A stretch of 64,000 bases of DNA, taken from contig CM030333.1 in NCBI GenBank assembly GCA_017654855.1, positions 4,216,001-4,280,000 on the forward strand. Direction: 5' to 3'. This DNA is from Podospora anserina. Its lineage: Eukaryota. This document shows positions 1 through 13,210 of this stretch, in pieces. Below the pieces are notes generated by a model that worked only from the letters and a program-made list of their open reading frames with translations, searched no databases and was not told the DNA's origin. How positions within the stretch are numbered: the first letter of the stretch is position 1; every line of letters starts with the position of its first letter. The position numbers and the translations under genes are program-made.

Positions 1-1361
1 GGAAGAGCTGGAATATCTGCTTGACAATTGCCCCACGGTCTTGCGAGTATTTGCAGTTTGCCTCGTGGTCCAATCCACGTCAGCCATCCCAAGGGTTTTC
101 TGTTTTTATCCAGGCATTGTGCCAGGCACATGAGGCTCTCTTGGTTGTACTCCGGTATGATCAGGAGGATGTCGTCTCGAAACTGCCGGGGCGCGATGCC
201 ATGACACCCCGACTTTTCTGATGATCAACTTTTGCATTCCTTCCGCAGATGTTGCTGCCGTACGTTTGGCGTATGGCACAACACCGTCTTGCAAAAGCTA
301 CGCCAGGAACAGAGTCCCATACACTAACAGCTTCAGAGAAGCCCAGAATTAGCCCATCACGATGGCGGAGGTCAAGGGGGGAAAACCGACTTGTGTGGGA
401 GCACGGTGGAAATCGTAAAGCAAATCTATCTTGCCGTATATAGTTTACGTGGTGTTGCAGCTTGATGAACAAGTGTTAGCAACAGCCTCAGCATTTAGAT
501 GCTGCCTGGGGCTGTTTTTCAAGCTGGGGCCAGGGTCGGTGGGCAGGGATGACAGGTTCTGAGTGGGCTCAAGAAGAGCCTCGATGCCTTCTTTGTAAAT
601 GCCCATTCTGGTGGTGCTGAACACAACGCTTGACAGGAAGAGCTCGCCTGGTCTGGCGATGATCCTCTTCGAAGGCAAGAGGAGTCGCAGGGAGTATTTG
701 GGGTCCAACTCCTGGTGTCTGGGAGGACGGGCCCGATGACACGGACAGCGATCTGATCTCTCAGTTTTGGAGAACTTCCACGATGGTGTAGGAGGTCCAT
801 GGCGAGAGCTGCCCCTCACCTCAACCTCGAACGCAACCGCACAAGTCCTTGGGCATTTCAATTCAACACCGAACAGGAGCTCGAGGTTGTTGCAATTTCT
901 AACGCATCGCCATTCAGCCACCACCCAGGTCGATCCTAGCCAAAACTAACAGCAATTTGCAAAAAAAGGCACCCTGCATCTTATCAGCTGCAGGCTCTCG
1001 GCAGATGCGGGCTTGCTTCCAGGTTATCAGCATCTGAGGTTGTTCTGCCAGAGTCGCCGAGTTTGGGCAAGGCGAGGCTGTGGTTTCTTTGATGGGATTG
1101 GCTGGGAGCGCACACAGCCAGGCAGAGGACGGACGGGACAGACGTTTTTCAGATTCCCACGCTGGATTTGCAATTGCTCTCTCTGCTCTCCCAGGTCGCT
1201 GTCGGTGCTGCGTCTACAGCGGACCTGTAGGCGCTGGCTGGGCTGACAGCTCCGGCCCACAGCGACAACCCCTGTCTCTCGGCTATGGAAAGGCCGCCTT
1301 GACCAACTGAAGTCACCCCAACTAACCCAAAGTCAAATATTGAATCCCGTCTCGTGCTGCG

Positions 1362-4300
1362 ATGGACCACCAGCACCAGCACCAGCACAAGCACCAGCAG
1401 TCCTCAGCACAGCGTCGGCGTCGAAACTTTGGTCCACCGCCCAATGGCAGCCACCGTCCTCTCGAACGCCAACAAATCCACCCTCGGGTTGAGCATGATC
1501 TCGGCATGACTACTTCACGCAGACCGTCCGAACCCGCCGCCGCCGCTGCCGTGAATCGGTCCTCTGCACCTGCTCGCGAACGAGATAGAGAAAGAGAGCG
1601 AGACAGGAAACAGCAACACCAGCAACACCAGCACCAGCACCGCCATCCTCCCTCACCATTGCCGAATCCGAACCTTCCACCACCACCACCGCCGCCGCCA
1701 CCTCCCCCTCCCCGAGGCCGTTCCCCGCAGTCATCAAAGTCTGAATATCCCCATCGCCGTCGCGACCGGAGCCGCAGCACCGATTACCGCCCCAGTCGTT
1801 CCTCTCGCCCATCTCAGCGTTCGCCCCATAGCCGTCGAGACCGTTCCCGCGAGCGTGACCGTGATCGTGGCCGTGACCGCGAACCAGCCCGCTCCCGCGA
1901 TCGCCATCCACCGGCGGACCGCCACCGTTCACGGGAAAGGTCTTCCAGGTCTAGGAAAGACGCTCGCGATCGTCAGGGTTCTCGCTCTCGCCGGCGTGCA
2001 TCGCGTTCCCCAGCATCCGTGAAGCGTCCGCGCAGCCCCAGTCCATCATCCATTGGAGGGTCGCAGCCGAAGAAGTCCCGGCGGGACCGTAGCCCAGGAA
2101 GGGCAGAGAAGGACGCGCCGAAATCTCTGCCACCAAAGCCCGCACGTCGTGATCCGTCACCAGCATCCCGTGCCCGTCGTTCAAGGTCTCCGGAAGGCCG
2201 TGACCATCGGCGGCCAAAGACTAGCAAACGGACAGGACGGTCAAGGTCACCGAGTGCGTCTCGCCGGCGGAGATCCCGGTCTCGTGGAGCGGAAACTGCT
2301 GCGTCCCAATCAACACGTCGACGTAGCAGGTCCCGTCAGCGATCTCCCCGCGCAGAGCACCGACGTCGGTCGGGATCCAGATCGCGCCCTCGTAGTCCAG
2401 CTGCGCGGGGTGCTAGGAGGCCCCCTTCTGTTGATACTGGGTCGCACCGCAAGCCCAGCTTCGATCTGAACTCTACTCGGACGCCACACGGAGCCTTACC
2501 CCCCGGTTCTCCGCGTGATTCGAGAGCAGCTAACCCTACTAAAAGCGAAGCCCCCACCGACGAGTCTAACAAGACCTCTGGCAAGTTTGATCCATCGTCT
2601 GGTTCCAACAGCATCGAGGTCAGCATGGGAACAAGGGGCAATTACCGCGGCGGTTTCAATCCCCAACAACAGAACTATCCTCCCCGCGGTGGCTACGGCC
2701 AGTCTTCGGGGCAAGGGACACCTGCATCATCCTTTCACGGCTCTCCGCCAGCACAGTCACCGTATGCTGGAAGCGGACGAGGATGGAATGGTGCACAGCA
2801 GTTTTCACCGCCAGGGTCAGTCCGGCGCCCCAAGAATGCAGTGCTCGCTAACTCACACGGCAACAGCCAATATTCCCAGCCATATCCACACAACAATTAT
2901 GGGCCGCCTACCGGTCCTCAGAATCATTATCATTCCAATCAGACACAGACTCCGCCATACGCACCCACAGGCCCAGCATCTCAGTATCCTGCGGGCTCAT
3001 ATCGTGGTGGGCACAGAGGCGGACCTGGGGGGTTCCGGGGTGGTGCATTCGGTGGTGGCCGTGGGGCACCGCGCGGTGGCTTCAAGAGTGCATGGAACTC
3101 ATCCCACCCCGATGGACGGACCTCGGATCCATCCCACACCAGCAATCATCAGTCTCCAGAGGCTCATGACAAGTCAGAGGCGAAAGATGTGTTGATGCAG
3201 GATGCTGATAACCCCTTCAGGCCATCTAAAGAATTGCAGGTTGAAGACGCAAGCAAGGAGGACAAGTCGAAAGATGACAAGATGGCTCCTCCGGCAAGCC
3301 GTGCTCCGCCGACTGGGCCCCAGTCCCAGACACCCAACAAGTTCAGCTTCAGCATGAAGACTGCGTCAAAGCCGGTCGTGGCAGTTCCACGGCCCGAGAT
3401 ATCGATCAAGTTTAACGCTCCTGCTGCCCCACGAGAGCCAACTGCTGCTTCCAATCCTCTTCAGAGAGCACCCCCTACGAAGCCCGAGCGAGACAGAGAG
3501 CGAGAACGGGATAGAGATAGGGACAGGGACAGGGAGAGGGATCGAGATCGAGATAGGGACAGGGACCGAGATAGGGACAGGGACCGAGATAGGGATCGGG
3601 ATAGAGATAGGGACAGATCCGGATATCCCAGAAATGCTCCCACTGAGCCTGCCTCGGCCCGCTCTCGCCCGAACGACCACCGCAGACCTCACGACCTGCC
3701 TAGCAGGCAACCAGATCCCACGCCCAAGACACGCAAAGTGAAGAAGATGATGAAGCGTCTCAAGGAGAAGCCAAAGCTCCCAGAAGATCTGGCGCGGTCC
3801 AAGTCGGTGTTCTTCCGCAGACCAGGTAACGAGTCGGTGGTCGGGTCGGGCACATACGGCAAGGTGTTTAAGGGGGTAAACGTCTACACCAAGAAGCTCG
3901 TGGCGCTCAAGCGGATCCGTATGGAGGGTGAACGCGACGGTTTTCCCGTCACGGCAGTGCGAGAAATCAAACTTCTCCGCTCGCTCAAGCACACCAATGT
4001 GGTTGAGCTGCAAGAAGTCATGGTCGAGTCGAACGAGTGCTTCATGGTGTTTGAGTACCTCTCGCACGACCTGACGGGTCTGCTGAACCACCCCAACTAC
4101 ACCCTGGAGCCGGCTCACAAGAAGCACCTGGCCAGACAGCTGTTTGAGGGGTTGGATTACCTGCACACGAGGGGGGTCCTGCACAGGGACATCAAAGCGG
4201 CGAACATCTTGGTTTCTAACGAGGGCGTCTTGAAGCTGGCCGACTTTGGACTGGCGCGGTTCTATGCCAAGCACCACCAGCTCGACTACACCAACCGTGT

Positions 4301-5035
4301 CATCACCATTTGGTACCGGTCCCCGGAGCTGTTGCTGGGGGAGACGCAGTATGGTCCCGCGGTGGATATCTGGTCTGCGGCGTGCGTGCTGGTGGAGATT
4401 TTTACCAAGAGGGCGATTTTTCCTGGGGATGGGAGTGAGATTAATCAGCTGGACAAGATACACTCTGTGCTGGGGACGCCGACGAGGTCGGAGTGGCCGG
4501 ATATTGTGGAGATGCCGTGGTTTGAGCTGCTGAGGCCGACGGTGAGGATGGCGAGCCAGTTTGAGGAGAGGTACAAGGGGGTTGTGACGCCGATGGCGTA
4601 TGAGCTGTTGAGGAGCATGTTTAGGTATGATCCGAAGAAGAGGCCGAGCGCGGGGGAGGTGTTGAGGCATGGGTATTTTACTGAGGAGGAGCCAGAGGCT
4701 AGGCAGGCGGTTGAGTATGTCCCCCCCATTTGCAGCGTTTTTTTTTTGTGATGGGAGGTTGGTTGCTAATTATTTGAAACAGGCTGAGAGATGTCCAGGG
4801 TGATTGGCATGAATTCGAGAGCAAGGCGTTGAGGAGGGAGAAGGAGAAGAAGGAACGGGAGGAGAAGGATAGGAAGGAGAGGGAGAAGAAGGGGGTTGCC
4901 ACGGCCAAGGGGGAAAAGGAAAAGGGGGAGAGGAAGAGGCCGATTGAGGGAGGTGGGGATGCTGCGCAGAGGGAGGCGAAGAGGCCGCATGTGGAGGGGG
5001 GTTCGGGGTCGGGGTCGGGGTCAAAAGCGAGATGA
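1362..5035 (+). CDS. CTK1: RNA polymerase II CTD kinase (CTDK-I catalytic subunit, CDK12/13-like) with a long RS/RD-rich N-terminus
   Basis: Kinase motifs VGSGTYGKVFK, ALKRIRMEGERDGFPVTAVREIKLL, HRDIKAANIL, DFGLAR, YTNRVITIWYRSPELLLG. Intron 4715-4782 (GTATGT..GCTAAT..AG) joins to ELRDVQGDWHEFESKALRREK; TGA at 5035. Probable in-frame 51-nt intron at 2816-2866. Confidence 0.92.
3485..3618 (+). repeat. Coding hexamer repeat encoding an (RD/RE)n tract in CTK1
   Basis: gatagggacagggaccga-type units translate as ERDRERERDRDRDRDR... Confidence 0.9.
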
Positions 5036-5767
5036 GCAAGCGGTTAATGCGTAGAGGATGTCATGGTGTACGACTACTACATAAAAGTCAAAATTGGGTG
5101 AAATAAAGGGATGTACAATCACGGCTGGGAAGGGATGGGGGATAGCGGTTGGGTTTTGTATGTGAGTAGCATTATTGTTATGGGTTTATGTGGTTAAGAC
5201 CAAGCGGAAAGGATGGGGTATGGGGAGATGAGAAAAAGAGAAATGAGATCTTTGTTGATAGAAATCATAATGGATTCAAGCAATGATTGATGATGGATGG
5301 TGTTTGGATCAATTTGTAGGAGAGGTAAGATGTGCCAAGAATTTACCCCTATTTTTTTGGGTCAGGGTCCCCCCCCCCTTTTTTTTTTTTTTTTTTTGTG
5401 GTTGAGGAGCCAAGCGGCGCAGTAGGATTGACTGATGCATGGTGAATAACCCAACACCAAATAAGAATGTATAAGAGTTTCTGAGTTACAAAGGCCGCTT
5501 GGTCACATTTTCCAAAACGAGTTGGCAAAAGGCCATTGCAGATGTCAGTCTATTCCAAAGAAAACCCCTCGGCTTGATATATATCCCATCATCAAATCGT
5601 GTGTTTCCCATCCAATCGGTAGTCTACCTAGACCTGGCGCTCTCGAGTATAGATTTCACAAAACATCCCAAGTAAACATGCTGTGTTTCTGTTCCTTTTG
5701 TCCTGTAAACTATTGGATCCCTCATGTGCATGTGCTGTTGTCGTCGTTGTTGCTGTCGCCAGTCATG

Positions 5768-6317
5768 TCACCTCCTCCCCTCCGACGGCGCCTTGAGCAA
5801 CTCCCTCAGCCTCCCCTCTGCATTCCTCCTTCCCTGTGGTGTTGATGATGAAGCCGGTGTCTGCCACGGCACCCAGCTCCCAAACAAATTCCCGCTTGAC
5901 GATCTCAGGTTTTGGTTGTAATAAGTGTAGTGGCTCTGGTGCCCCTCATGTGGTAGCTCCTCATAATACCGTGGCTGCTGCTGCTGCCACACACCCTCAG
6001 TAGCGGTAGTACTAGAGCAAGTCCTGACCCCAATATCACTCCCACTCACCCTCGGCGCCACCACCTCCCCCTTAACCAGCCCCCCCTCCCCCTCCATAAT
6101 CGCATTCGCGAAACTCGCCGACCGTTTCCTCTCCAACCTCTTACTTGACTCCCCACCCCCCTTGCCCTTCCGCCCCCTCACCCTCTCAACAACCTCCCCC
6201 GCCCCCTTCTGTTGTTGTCTCATCCCATCTCCCCCCTCAGAGGAACAACTCCGACTACAGCTCATAATAGTCTCCAACCTCCCCTCAGCCACACTCTTTT
6301 TCCCCCTCCTACTCCTC

Positions 6318-6348
<31 letters not shown>

Positions 6349-7050
6349 CCGTCACAAACCCCGCCCCCGACCCATGAGGCGCAACATGAACCTCGTACTG
6401 ATTCGACAACGAGTACCGACTCCTAGCACAAATTTCCGCTATCCTATCCAAATCAGCACTGATATCACCCTGTTGCTGCTGGCCCGCATCCTGAACAAAA
6501 GACCTAAACGAAAACGCCTCCAGAGGCGGGAGTTTAGGTTCTTCTTGTCGTCGCTGTTCCCTCCCCCCCCATGTCCAACCCCCCAGCAAGAACCCCGATC
6601 GCGGTTTCGACGACGCCGACCCTGACTGGTGTTGTTTCGGCGGCATGGTTGCTGCTGTTGTTTCTTCGGATGACAGTGTTGCTTGCGTAGTGGTGGTGGT
6701 GACGTCAAGATTCGAACTACCAGTCGTCGCCACCCCAGAACTCAACACACGACCGCGCCGGCTCCGACGTCGCTGATCCCCCCCACCACCGCTATACGTC
6801 CGAACCACCACCGGCCCCGTCGTCGTCGTCGTCGTCAAACTCCCCTGCTCACTACCCCCGCTCTCCACAGCCGAAGGGAACCTGTTGCTCAACCTCCTCA
6901 GCGCAGTCGCCGTGGTGCTGTTCTTCCCACTACTACCAACCGGTCTCCCCTCCGCCCTGGCCCCGTCAACAAAAGACGACGGGTCACTGCTAGAAGAGAA
7001 CAAAACCCCAGTCACAAACCCCAACGGGAACGACCTCCTTCTTTTGGATT

Positions 7051-7096
<46 letters not shown>

Positions 7097-7231
7097 TGTA
7101 GTAGTTGTTGTTATGGCCGAGTTAAGATCGACTGCCACCTCAGGGTTGGAGGAAGATGAGGACTGCGGTGATAATTCAGAGGAATCAGATCCCCCCGGGG
7201 GGCCATCCGCCCTATTATTGTACACATCCAT
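5768..7231 (-). CDS. Hypothetical low-complexity fungal protein with poly-T and poly-Q tracts and a short ordered core
   Basis: Single long ORF with first ATG at 7231; the segment LPPLEAFSF...DISADLDRIAEICARSRYSLSNQYEVHVAPHG looks like a conserved core; microsatellites at about 6318-6347 and 7050-7095 are in frame. Confidence 0.75.
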
Positions 7232-8120
7232 CCTATATGCACCCAAGCCCAGCAGCAACTTCTCTCTGCTGCTTAAACGAAACGGGTAGCTTTACTTCTC
7301 TGCAGCTGCACCATGCAGGTGCCGTGGTATCAGGGAGCGCGCGCGCGCGCAGGCGCCGAACGAAACAAAAGGAAAAGGGAAAAAAACAAGGAGCAATAGA
7401 GGAGACGTGGTCGTGAATGTAGGGAGGCCCGAAGGTGTCGTGGACGCGGAACAGATTGACGGGGATGGGGGGGGCACGGCACAGGGAGAGAAAATGGGGA
7501 GGGGCAAGTAGGAAAAGCCCTATCCCGTCCACTTGATTCGATCGATCAGAAACCGCAAAAGAAGCTCACTGGCTGCCGTCATTGGATGACAGCAGGCGGC
7601 CTTGTATGCAAGCAGTCGTGGCTGTCGTTCAAAGGTCTGTGGTCGAGGTCGACTGCAGTGGGAGCATGCACCATCATCTAAGCGGGGTTGAACAAGAGGG
7701 TTGTGGCCCAAGCTTTCGGGAAACAGGGGTCCACTCAGCCCAACCTCACCCTCCTTGGAGAACATCACACAAGCACAGGAACAGATAGCAAACACAAGGG
7801 TGAGATAGCGCTAAGAGCGCCTATCTCGTGCTCGAGTAATTCTGAGCACTCTCAATTGTTGAGCTTTTCCTGTGTTTTCTGTGGTGCGAGGCGGCCACCA
7901 GCCAACTCAAAAAAAAAAAAAAAAAAAAAAACACTTCAGCCCGGTTCAGTCATCAAACCAGATAGCAAAAAACGTGTTTGATTAGCCATGTCCTGTTGTA
8001 ACCAGAGATACCCAGAAGAATACTTAGGTTGCCCAACACTAACTCCACCATGCCTCCTTTTGACTCTTTCCAAGCAGTCTCTCGTCACTGATCACCCCTT
8101 TATCCCTTCAATGGAAATGT

Positions 8121-8730
8121 CTAGGCCTTCGCCTGTGGAGAAGCGCCGTCATTCTTGTCAAGAAGTGGAAGCGGCGACATTGCCGGGGTTGGCTCCGAAG
8201 CTGCGGCTTGGGTGGTTGTTTTCTGTGCGGGTTTTGTCGAAGGACCAGATGTCGAGACTGGGGTTGATATAGCAGACGGTGTTGAGGTCTGTTCGGCAGC
8301 AGGCTTCTGCTCTTGGGCTGGCTTCTCCTGCACGGCCGGATTGCTCCGATGGGGTTGTACCTCTTTGGTGGAAGTCCTGGGGGTTGGAAGGCTTGCGGTG
8401 CTCCGGTTTCGAGTGCTGATTCGCTGAAGCTTATCGGAAAATACAAACGGACGTCCGCCGTCGATTGGCTTCAGAAGCTTCTTGTTGTCCAGATACACGT
8501 ATACGAGGTACCAGAGGTGCAAGTAGGCGGGGATCACGCTATGTGGGTGGACCATCAGTTGATTGACCGGGTTTTGGTCCATAAATGGAGCGTATCTCGT
8601 ACCCAAAAATGAGGAGACAGAGGTTGATACACACATCAGTTCCACACCCTGTTAAGAGCGCCACACCGAGAGGAGGGAAGAAAAATCCGAGGAAAAGGGC
8701 GAAGAATGCGGTACCGTCGAAACCTGCCAT
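8121..8730 (-). CDS. PMP3/UPF0057 plasma-membrane proteolipid family protein with a long hydrophilic C-terminal tail
   Basis: FFFPPLGVALLTGCGTDVCINLCLLIFG, then intron 8602-8539 (GTACGA..TAG), then VIPAYLHLWYLV: the two-helix PMP3 pattern. Stop at 8121. Confidence 0.8.
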
Positions 8731-10859
8731 GGTGAGATTGTCTTGGCGGAGCTGCAGTGGTAGGACAAGGCTGACGATGGTGATGTTGAGCTTGAAGATG
8801 GTGGGGAGAATTCCAATGGTACATCTGTAAGTTCCAGATCCCTTTTGGTCAGATAAGATCCCCTTCCGCCTCCCAAGCGGGAAGCGCCTTCCATGCCGTG
8901 CGGCATTGAGGTGGATACCTATTCCAAGTTAGCCAGCGAATTGAAGTGGCAGAAGTAACTTCCACCTTGAACTTGAAATGGCCTGTTGTTGGTGTTGGCG
9001 GAAGGAGCACACCACCCGGGTGAACAAGTGAACTCCCGGCTCGGCAGGAGCTATCCGTACAGTACAATCCCCGATCCCGAACCCGAACATGTGGAGAAAG
9101 CCGGTGCCGGGGTGTGGGCTCGGAACGAAATGACGGCTCGCCTAACTCCCCGTCGGCAGGTTGAAAGGGGGCCGCAGCCGGGGAGCCTTCCACAGCTTCC
9201 TCCCCCCCTCCACCCCTGGAGAACCGATGCTGCAGGACCCACGGGCAAATCACCGTCAACGTCGTCATCTGATGCTCCTGCTGTAATCTCGTAGGCAGTA
9301 GGGGGCAAAAGAAAAAAAAAGAAAAAACAGCTGTAAGTGCCTGGCTGAAGCCACGAACACCTCAAAACTCTGAAAATCCCCTCTGAAATCATTGATGGCG
9401 TTTGGCTGCACATTGGCTTCGACTGAGACTCCGCAGTTTTACTTACCCATCACGCAGTTATCGCTCAGGCTCAGGCCGCGTGACTCCAACACAGTGCCTG
9501 CCGATGACGCATATCGCGGACTCGGGCATCAATCGCAACTCCATCGCTGATACGAGAGAGCTTTTTAAGACGTGATGCAAAAATCGCCAACAAAGTGACA
9601 AAGCGCAAGGAGAACTCTAAATAATGGACACCAACATATTGTTAGCACACCAGAGAAATGACGCATTGGACTTTCTGAGTGGGAGGAGACGCGGTCCTGA
9701 CGAAGCTTCATCAGCCTCGCATGATAAGCGTGATGCTTCCTCCACCAGCAAGCACAAAACGAGGTCCTGTGGAGAGCATCAATTGATGTTGGGAATTTAG
9801 GCGTTGCTTTAACTTGGCCCATTACCATAGTGTCCACCCTCTCTTGCCAAAGCCCAGGCTTTCTTATAGAGAGGTGTCAACCCATCCCTCTGCCCCTCTT
9901 CGACAGAGTCTGTTACAGCCTGGTGTTTTCGCGAAACGAACCGTAAGCTAAACTGAGCTCCGACTCGGCGCGATCACATCAGCACCTTGGGGACGAGGCA
10001 ACTGTCCGATATCTAGCTAGGTGGCAGTTACTGAGGTTCTCAAGGTGCTGCCCCGATCTGTCCCTTGTTCGCGCTCACGCTCACGCTCACGCAAACTTAC
10101 AAATCGGAACAAACCTTCAAGACAATCACCACTACACGACAACTTGGAAGCGGTCAGTATCCACAACATTCATTGCCCTGTTGTTGAGACGGTTGAGACT
10201 CTATAACAAGTGGATTTGGGTGATGATTTGACCGGGATGCATCCGTCACTTTTTACCAAAAGGGTATCCTATTACAGGAAGCCTGCACTTTTTCGGTCCC
10301 TTTATTCTCCCTATCGTTTCCGCTCATACTGAACCTGAATCCTCCCTGAATCTTATGGCCCTCTCCCCGCTGCCGTCATCCTTCCCCCACAGACCCTACT
10401 CTGCTTTTTTTCAGCTGAATTTGTACGATGGCAGGTACAAGATGTGCAAAAATTATACAAGAAAGGTCAGTTGGCGAGATGTGCTGGGTGATGGGTGGTG
10501 CACACGCAGTTTGTCAGTTGGCACTGCCAGCAGCCAGCCAGCGTCCCAGCGCTGCCCCCCTGCGGAGTCCACCGTGGGTGCGGGCATGGAGTGGGTCGTT
10601 GGACTCGGCAACTCCCTTCTGCTGGTCCGCGACCTTGGTCATTGAAAAAGCCACCGCCGTTCGTTTGCTGCTCCCCTTTGAAGCTTGCCATCCACGACAC
10701 CTCATCAGCAGAAGCAGGAGGAAGCCACTGTCGTCACAACCCAATCATCAGCTTAATTAACACCCTTATCAGCAATTAGGTTTCGCTGCCGCCGCCACTT
10801 TAAATTGTCCCCATCGCGCTGTTCGAGTTACGAGCTCGACCACGCCTGTCCTCGGAGAC

Positions 10860-13028
10860 ATGGCTACTCCCCAACAAACCCCCCCTTTCAGAACCGACCG
10901 ATATGTCGTGATCCACGTCGCCACCACTTGCGACGAGCACGGTGTCTATGTCACCAAGGACTCGGCTGAGGTCATCGAGCTCGGCTGGATCCTGCTCGAC
11001 GCCAACAGCATCGACCTTCACGAGGTGGGCCAAACTCCCCAAACCCAACAGCCCCTGAGGAAAAAAAAAAATACCATGTTTTCTAACCCGTTGCTCCTGC
11101 CCGTCAGCTTCACCGCGAAAGCGTCCTTGTCAAGCCTGTCAACACCCCCATCACCCCCCTTTGCAGTGAGTTTCCGCCATTCTCGTCCCGCCGATGCTCA
11201 ATTGCTATCTCGGCCGCCTTGATCAACTTTGCTTTGCTGACCGTCTGTCTGCTAGCGAGCCTGACCACTCTCACATGGGAACACGTCCGGAATGCGGGCA
11301 CTTTCCGGGATGCCATCAACCGTTTCGACGCCTTTGCCTCCGAACACCTGCTCTCGAATGACCTTGACTTCGTTTTCGTCACGCTCGAAGCTTGGGACCT
11401 GCGCGTTCAGCTTCCCCGTGAGGCCCGTGACAAGTCCGTTGTGCTGCCCCCCTATCTTCAACACTCGCGCACCTTTGAGCTCCGGACCGAATATCAGAGA
11501 TGGCAGCAGCACCATCCCGAGTCTCTTCCATTCGGCCCCTCGTCTCTGGCCAACATTTGTGCTGCCCTGGAAGTCGAGCCTGTCCAGAATAGTGCCCCGA
11601 TCAAGCACAACCTCCCCTTCCACCTCCAGGCACTGGCCCCTGCCTCCCCTCGCCGCGCCATGGACGAGGCTGTGACTCTCACTCGTGTGCTGAGGGGTCT
11701 GATCAAAAAGTCCCAGCCAGCCCACGAGCACCCTGGTGTTCTCAGCCAGCCCATGGATGCTCGTACCGACGTCCGGGCTTTCCTTTCGGAACGGAGTAAG
11801 ATCCTCCACATGTCAGGCCTGCCCCACGACACCACACAGAGCGAGCTGGAAAGTTGGTTTACTCAATTTGGCGGTCGTCCCATCGCTTTCTGGACTCTGC
11901 GTACCCCTGAGCAGTCCAAGCCCACTGGTAGCGGCTTCGCCGTGTTTTCTTCCCACGAGGAGGTAAGTCACCGCTTGTTTCTATGGAGCTCCCAACATCA
12001 CCCACACCGCCCAGTGGCCCATTCCCCCCCTGTGACCCACTATGATGCGCTATGTCTTTGTTGATTCGCTCTAACTGGGGAAAAAAAAAAAAAAACAGGC
12101 TGCCGAAAGTCTGTGCATGAACGGCCGTGCATTGAATGAAAAGGCCATCGAAGTCTCTCCCAGCTCTAGTCGCGTTCTGGACAAGGCGGCCAACATCCTC
12201 ATGCCATTCCCACCCAGCAAGAACAGGCCTCGGCCCGGCGACTGGACCTGCCCGTCATGCGGCTTCTCCAACTTCCAAAGACGCACGGCGTGCTTCCGTT
12301 GCTCGTTCCCTGCCGTTAGCACTGGTCCCACCGGCGAGATGGGCTATGGGTATGGATATGGCCCCCCGGCCATGATGGGCCCTCCCCCTCACCACATTGG
12401 CCATCACGGACACGGTGGCGGACACGGCGGTGGCCGCATGGGCGGCTCTGGTGTCGTTCCTTTCCGGGCCGGCGACTGGAAGTGCGGCAACGAGGTTTGC
12501 GGTTACCACAACTTTGCCAAGAACCAAAACTGCCTTCGGTGTGGTGCTGGCCGCGCCACGGCTGCTGTGGTAGCTGACTCTGGATATCCTTCCCCGATGG
12601 ATGCCGGGTCTTCGTACAACATGGGACACGGCTCGATCGGCTCTGCCCCCGGCCCTGGTTCGTTTGCTGGCCCTGGTGGTTTTGGCTCCGGCGCAGGCTA
12701 CGGTCAGCACTTTGCTGGCCCCCAGAGCACGTACGCTCTTCCCTCTGGCATTGGTGGCGGCGCTGCCCCGTATCCTCCTTTGAACACTCACTTTGGACCC
12801 GCCCCTGGGTCTCACTCGGCTGGTCCCTTTGACAGCCGTGCCGTGGAGACGGCCTTCCAATCCGCTGGCAACGGGCCCGCTTCTGCCGGTCCTGGCAACA
12901 ACTTCTACGGACAAAACGAAAATGACCCCTTCGCTTTCCTTTCCTCAGGCATGAACAACCTTTCGGTCAGCAACCAGGATGCCCGTCAGAATGGCGGCTC
13001 GGCGCCTCCCAACAAGTCCCCAGCCTAA
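10860..13028 (+). CDS. NRP1: NRP1-like RNA-binding protein: degenerate DEDDh-exonuclease-like domain, RRM and two RanBP2-type zinc fingers
   Basis: Introns 11025-11107, 11166-11255 and 11963-12098 give one continuous frame. RRM: ILHMSGLPHDTTQSELESWF..GSGFAVF. Fingers: RPGDWTCPSCGFSNFQRRTACFRC and RAGDWKCGNEVCGYHNFAKNQNCLRC. Confidence 0.85.
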
Positions 13029-13168
13029 GGATAAGGGGGACTGAGATTGGCGCCGGAGTCCGGGAAACATTTCAACACTTGTTTTTTAGGGGTCTGTGCT
13101 GGGCTTTTTTTAGAAGGCTGTACTTTGGAGGTTTGGAGGGCGGTTACTACTACTGGGTTTGTGCGGGA

Positions 13169-13169
<1 letters not shown>

Positions 13170-13209
<40 letters not shown>
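13170..13209 (+). repeat. (GGC)~13 microsatellite in the presumed NRP1 3' UTR
   Basis: Read directly from the sequence. Confidence 0.9.

Positions 13210-13210
<1 letters not shown>

Noticed and set aside
1-960. Short ORFs and protein-like fragments on the minus strand (445-924 and others)
   Set aside because: No recognisable motif or consistent exon chain. It could be a decayed gene but cannot be supported.
3366-4670. 434-aa antisense ORF
   Set aside because: In-register shadow of the CTK1 kinase domain caused by codon bias.
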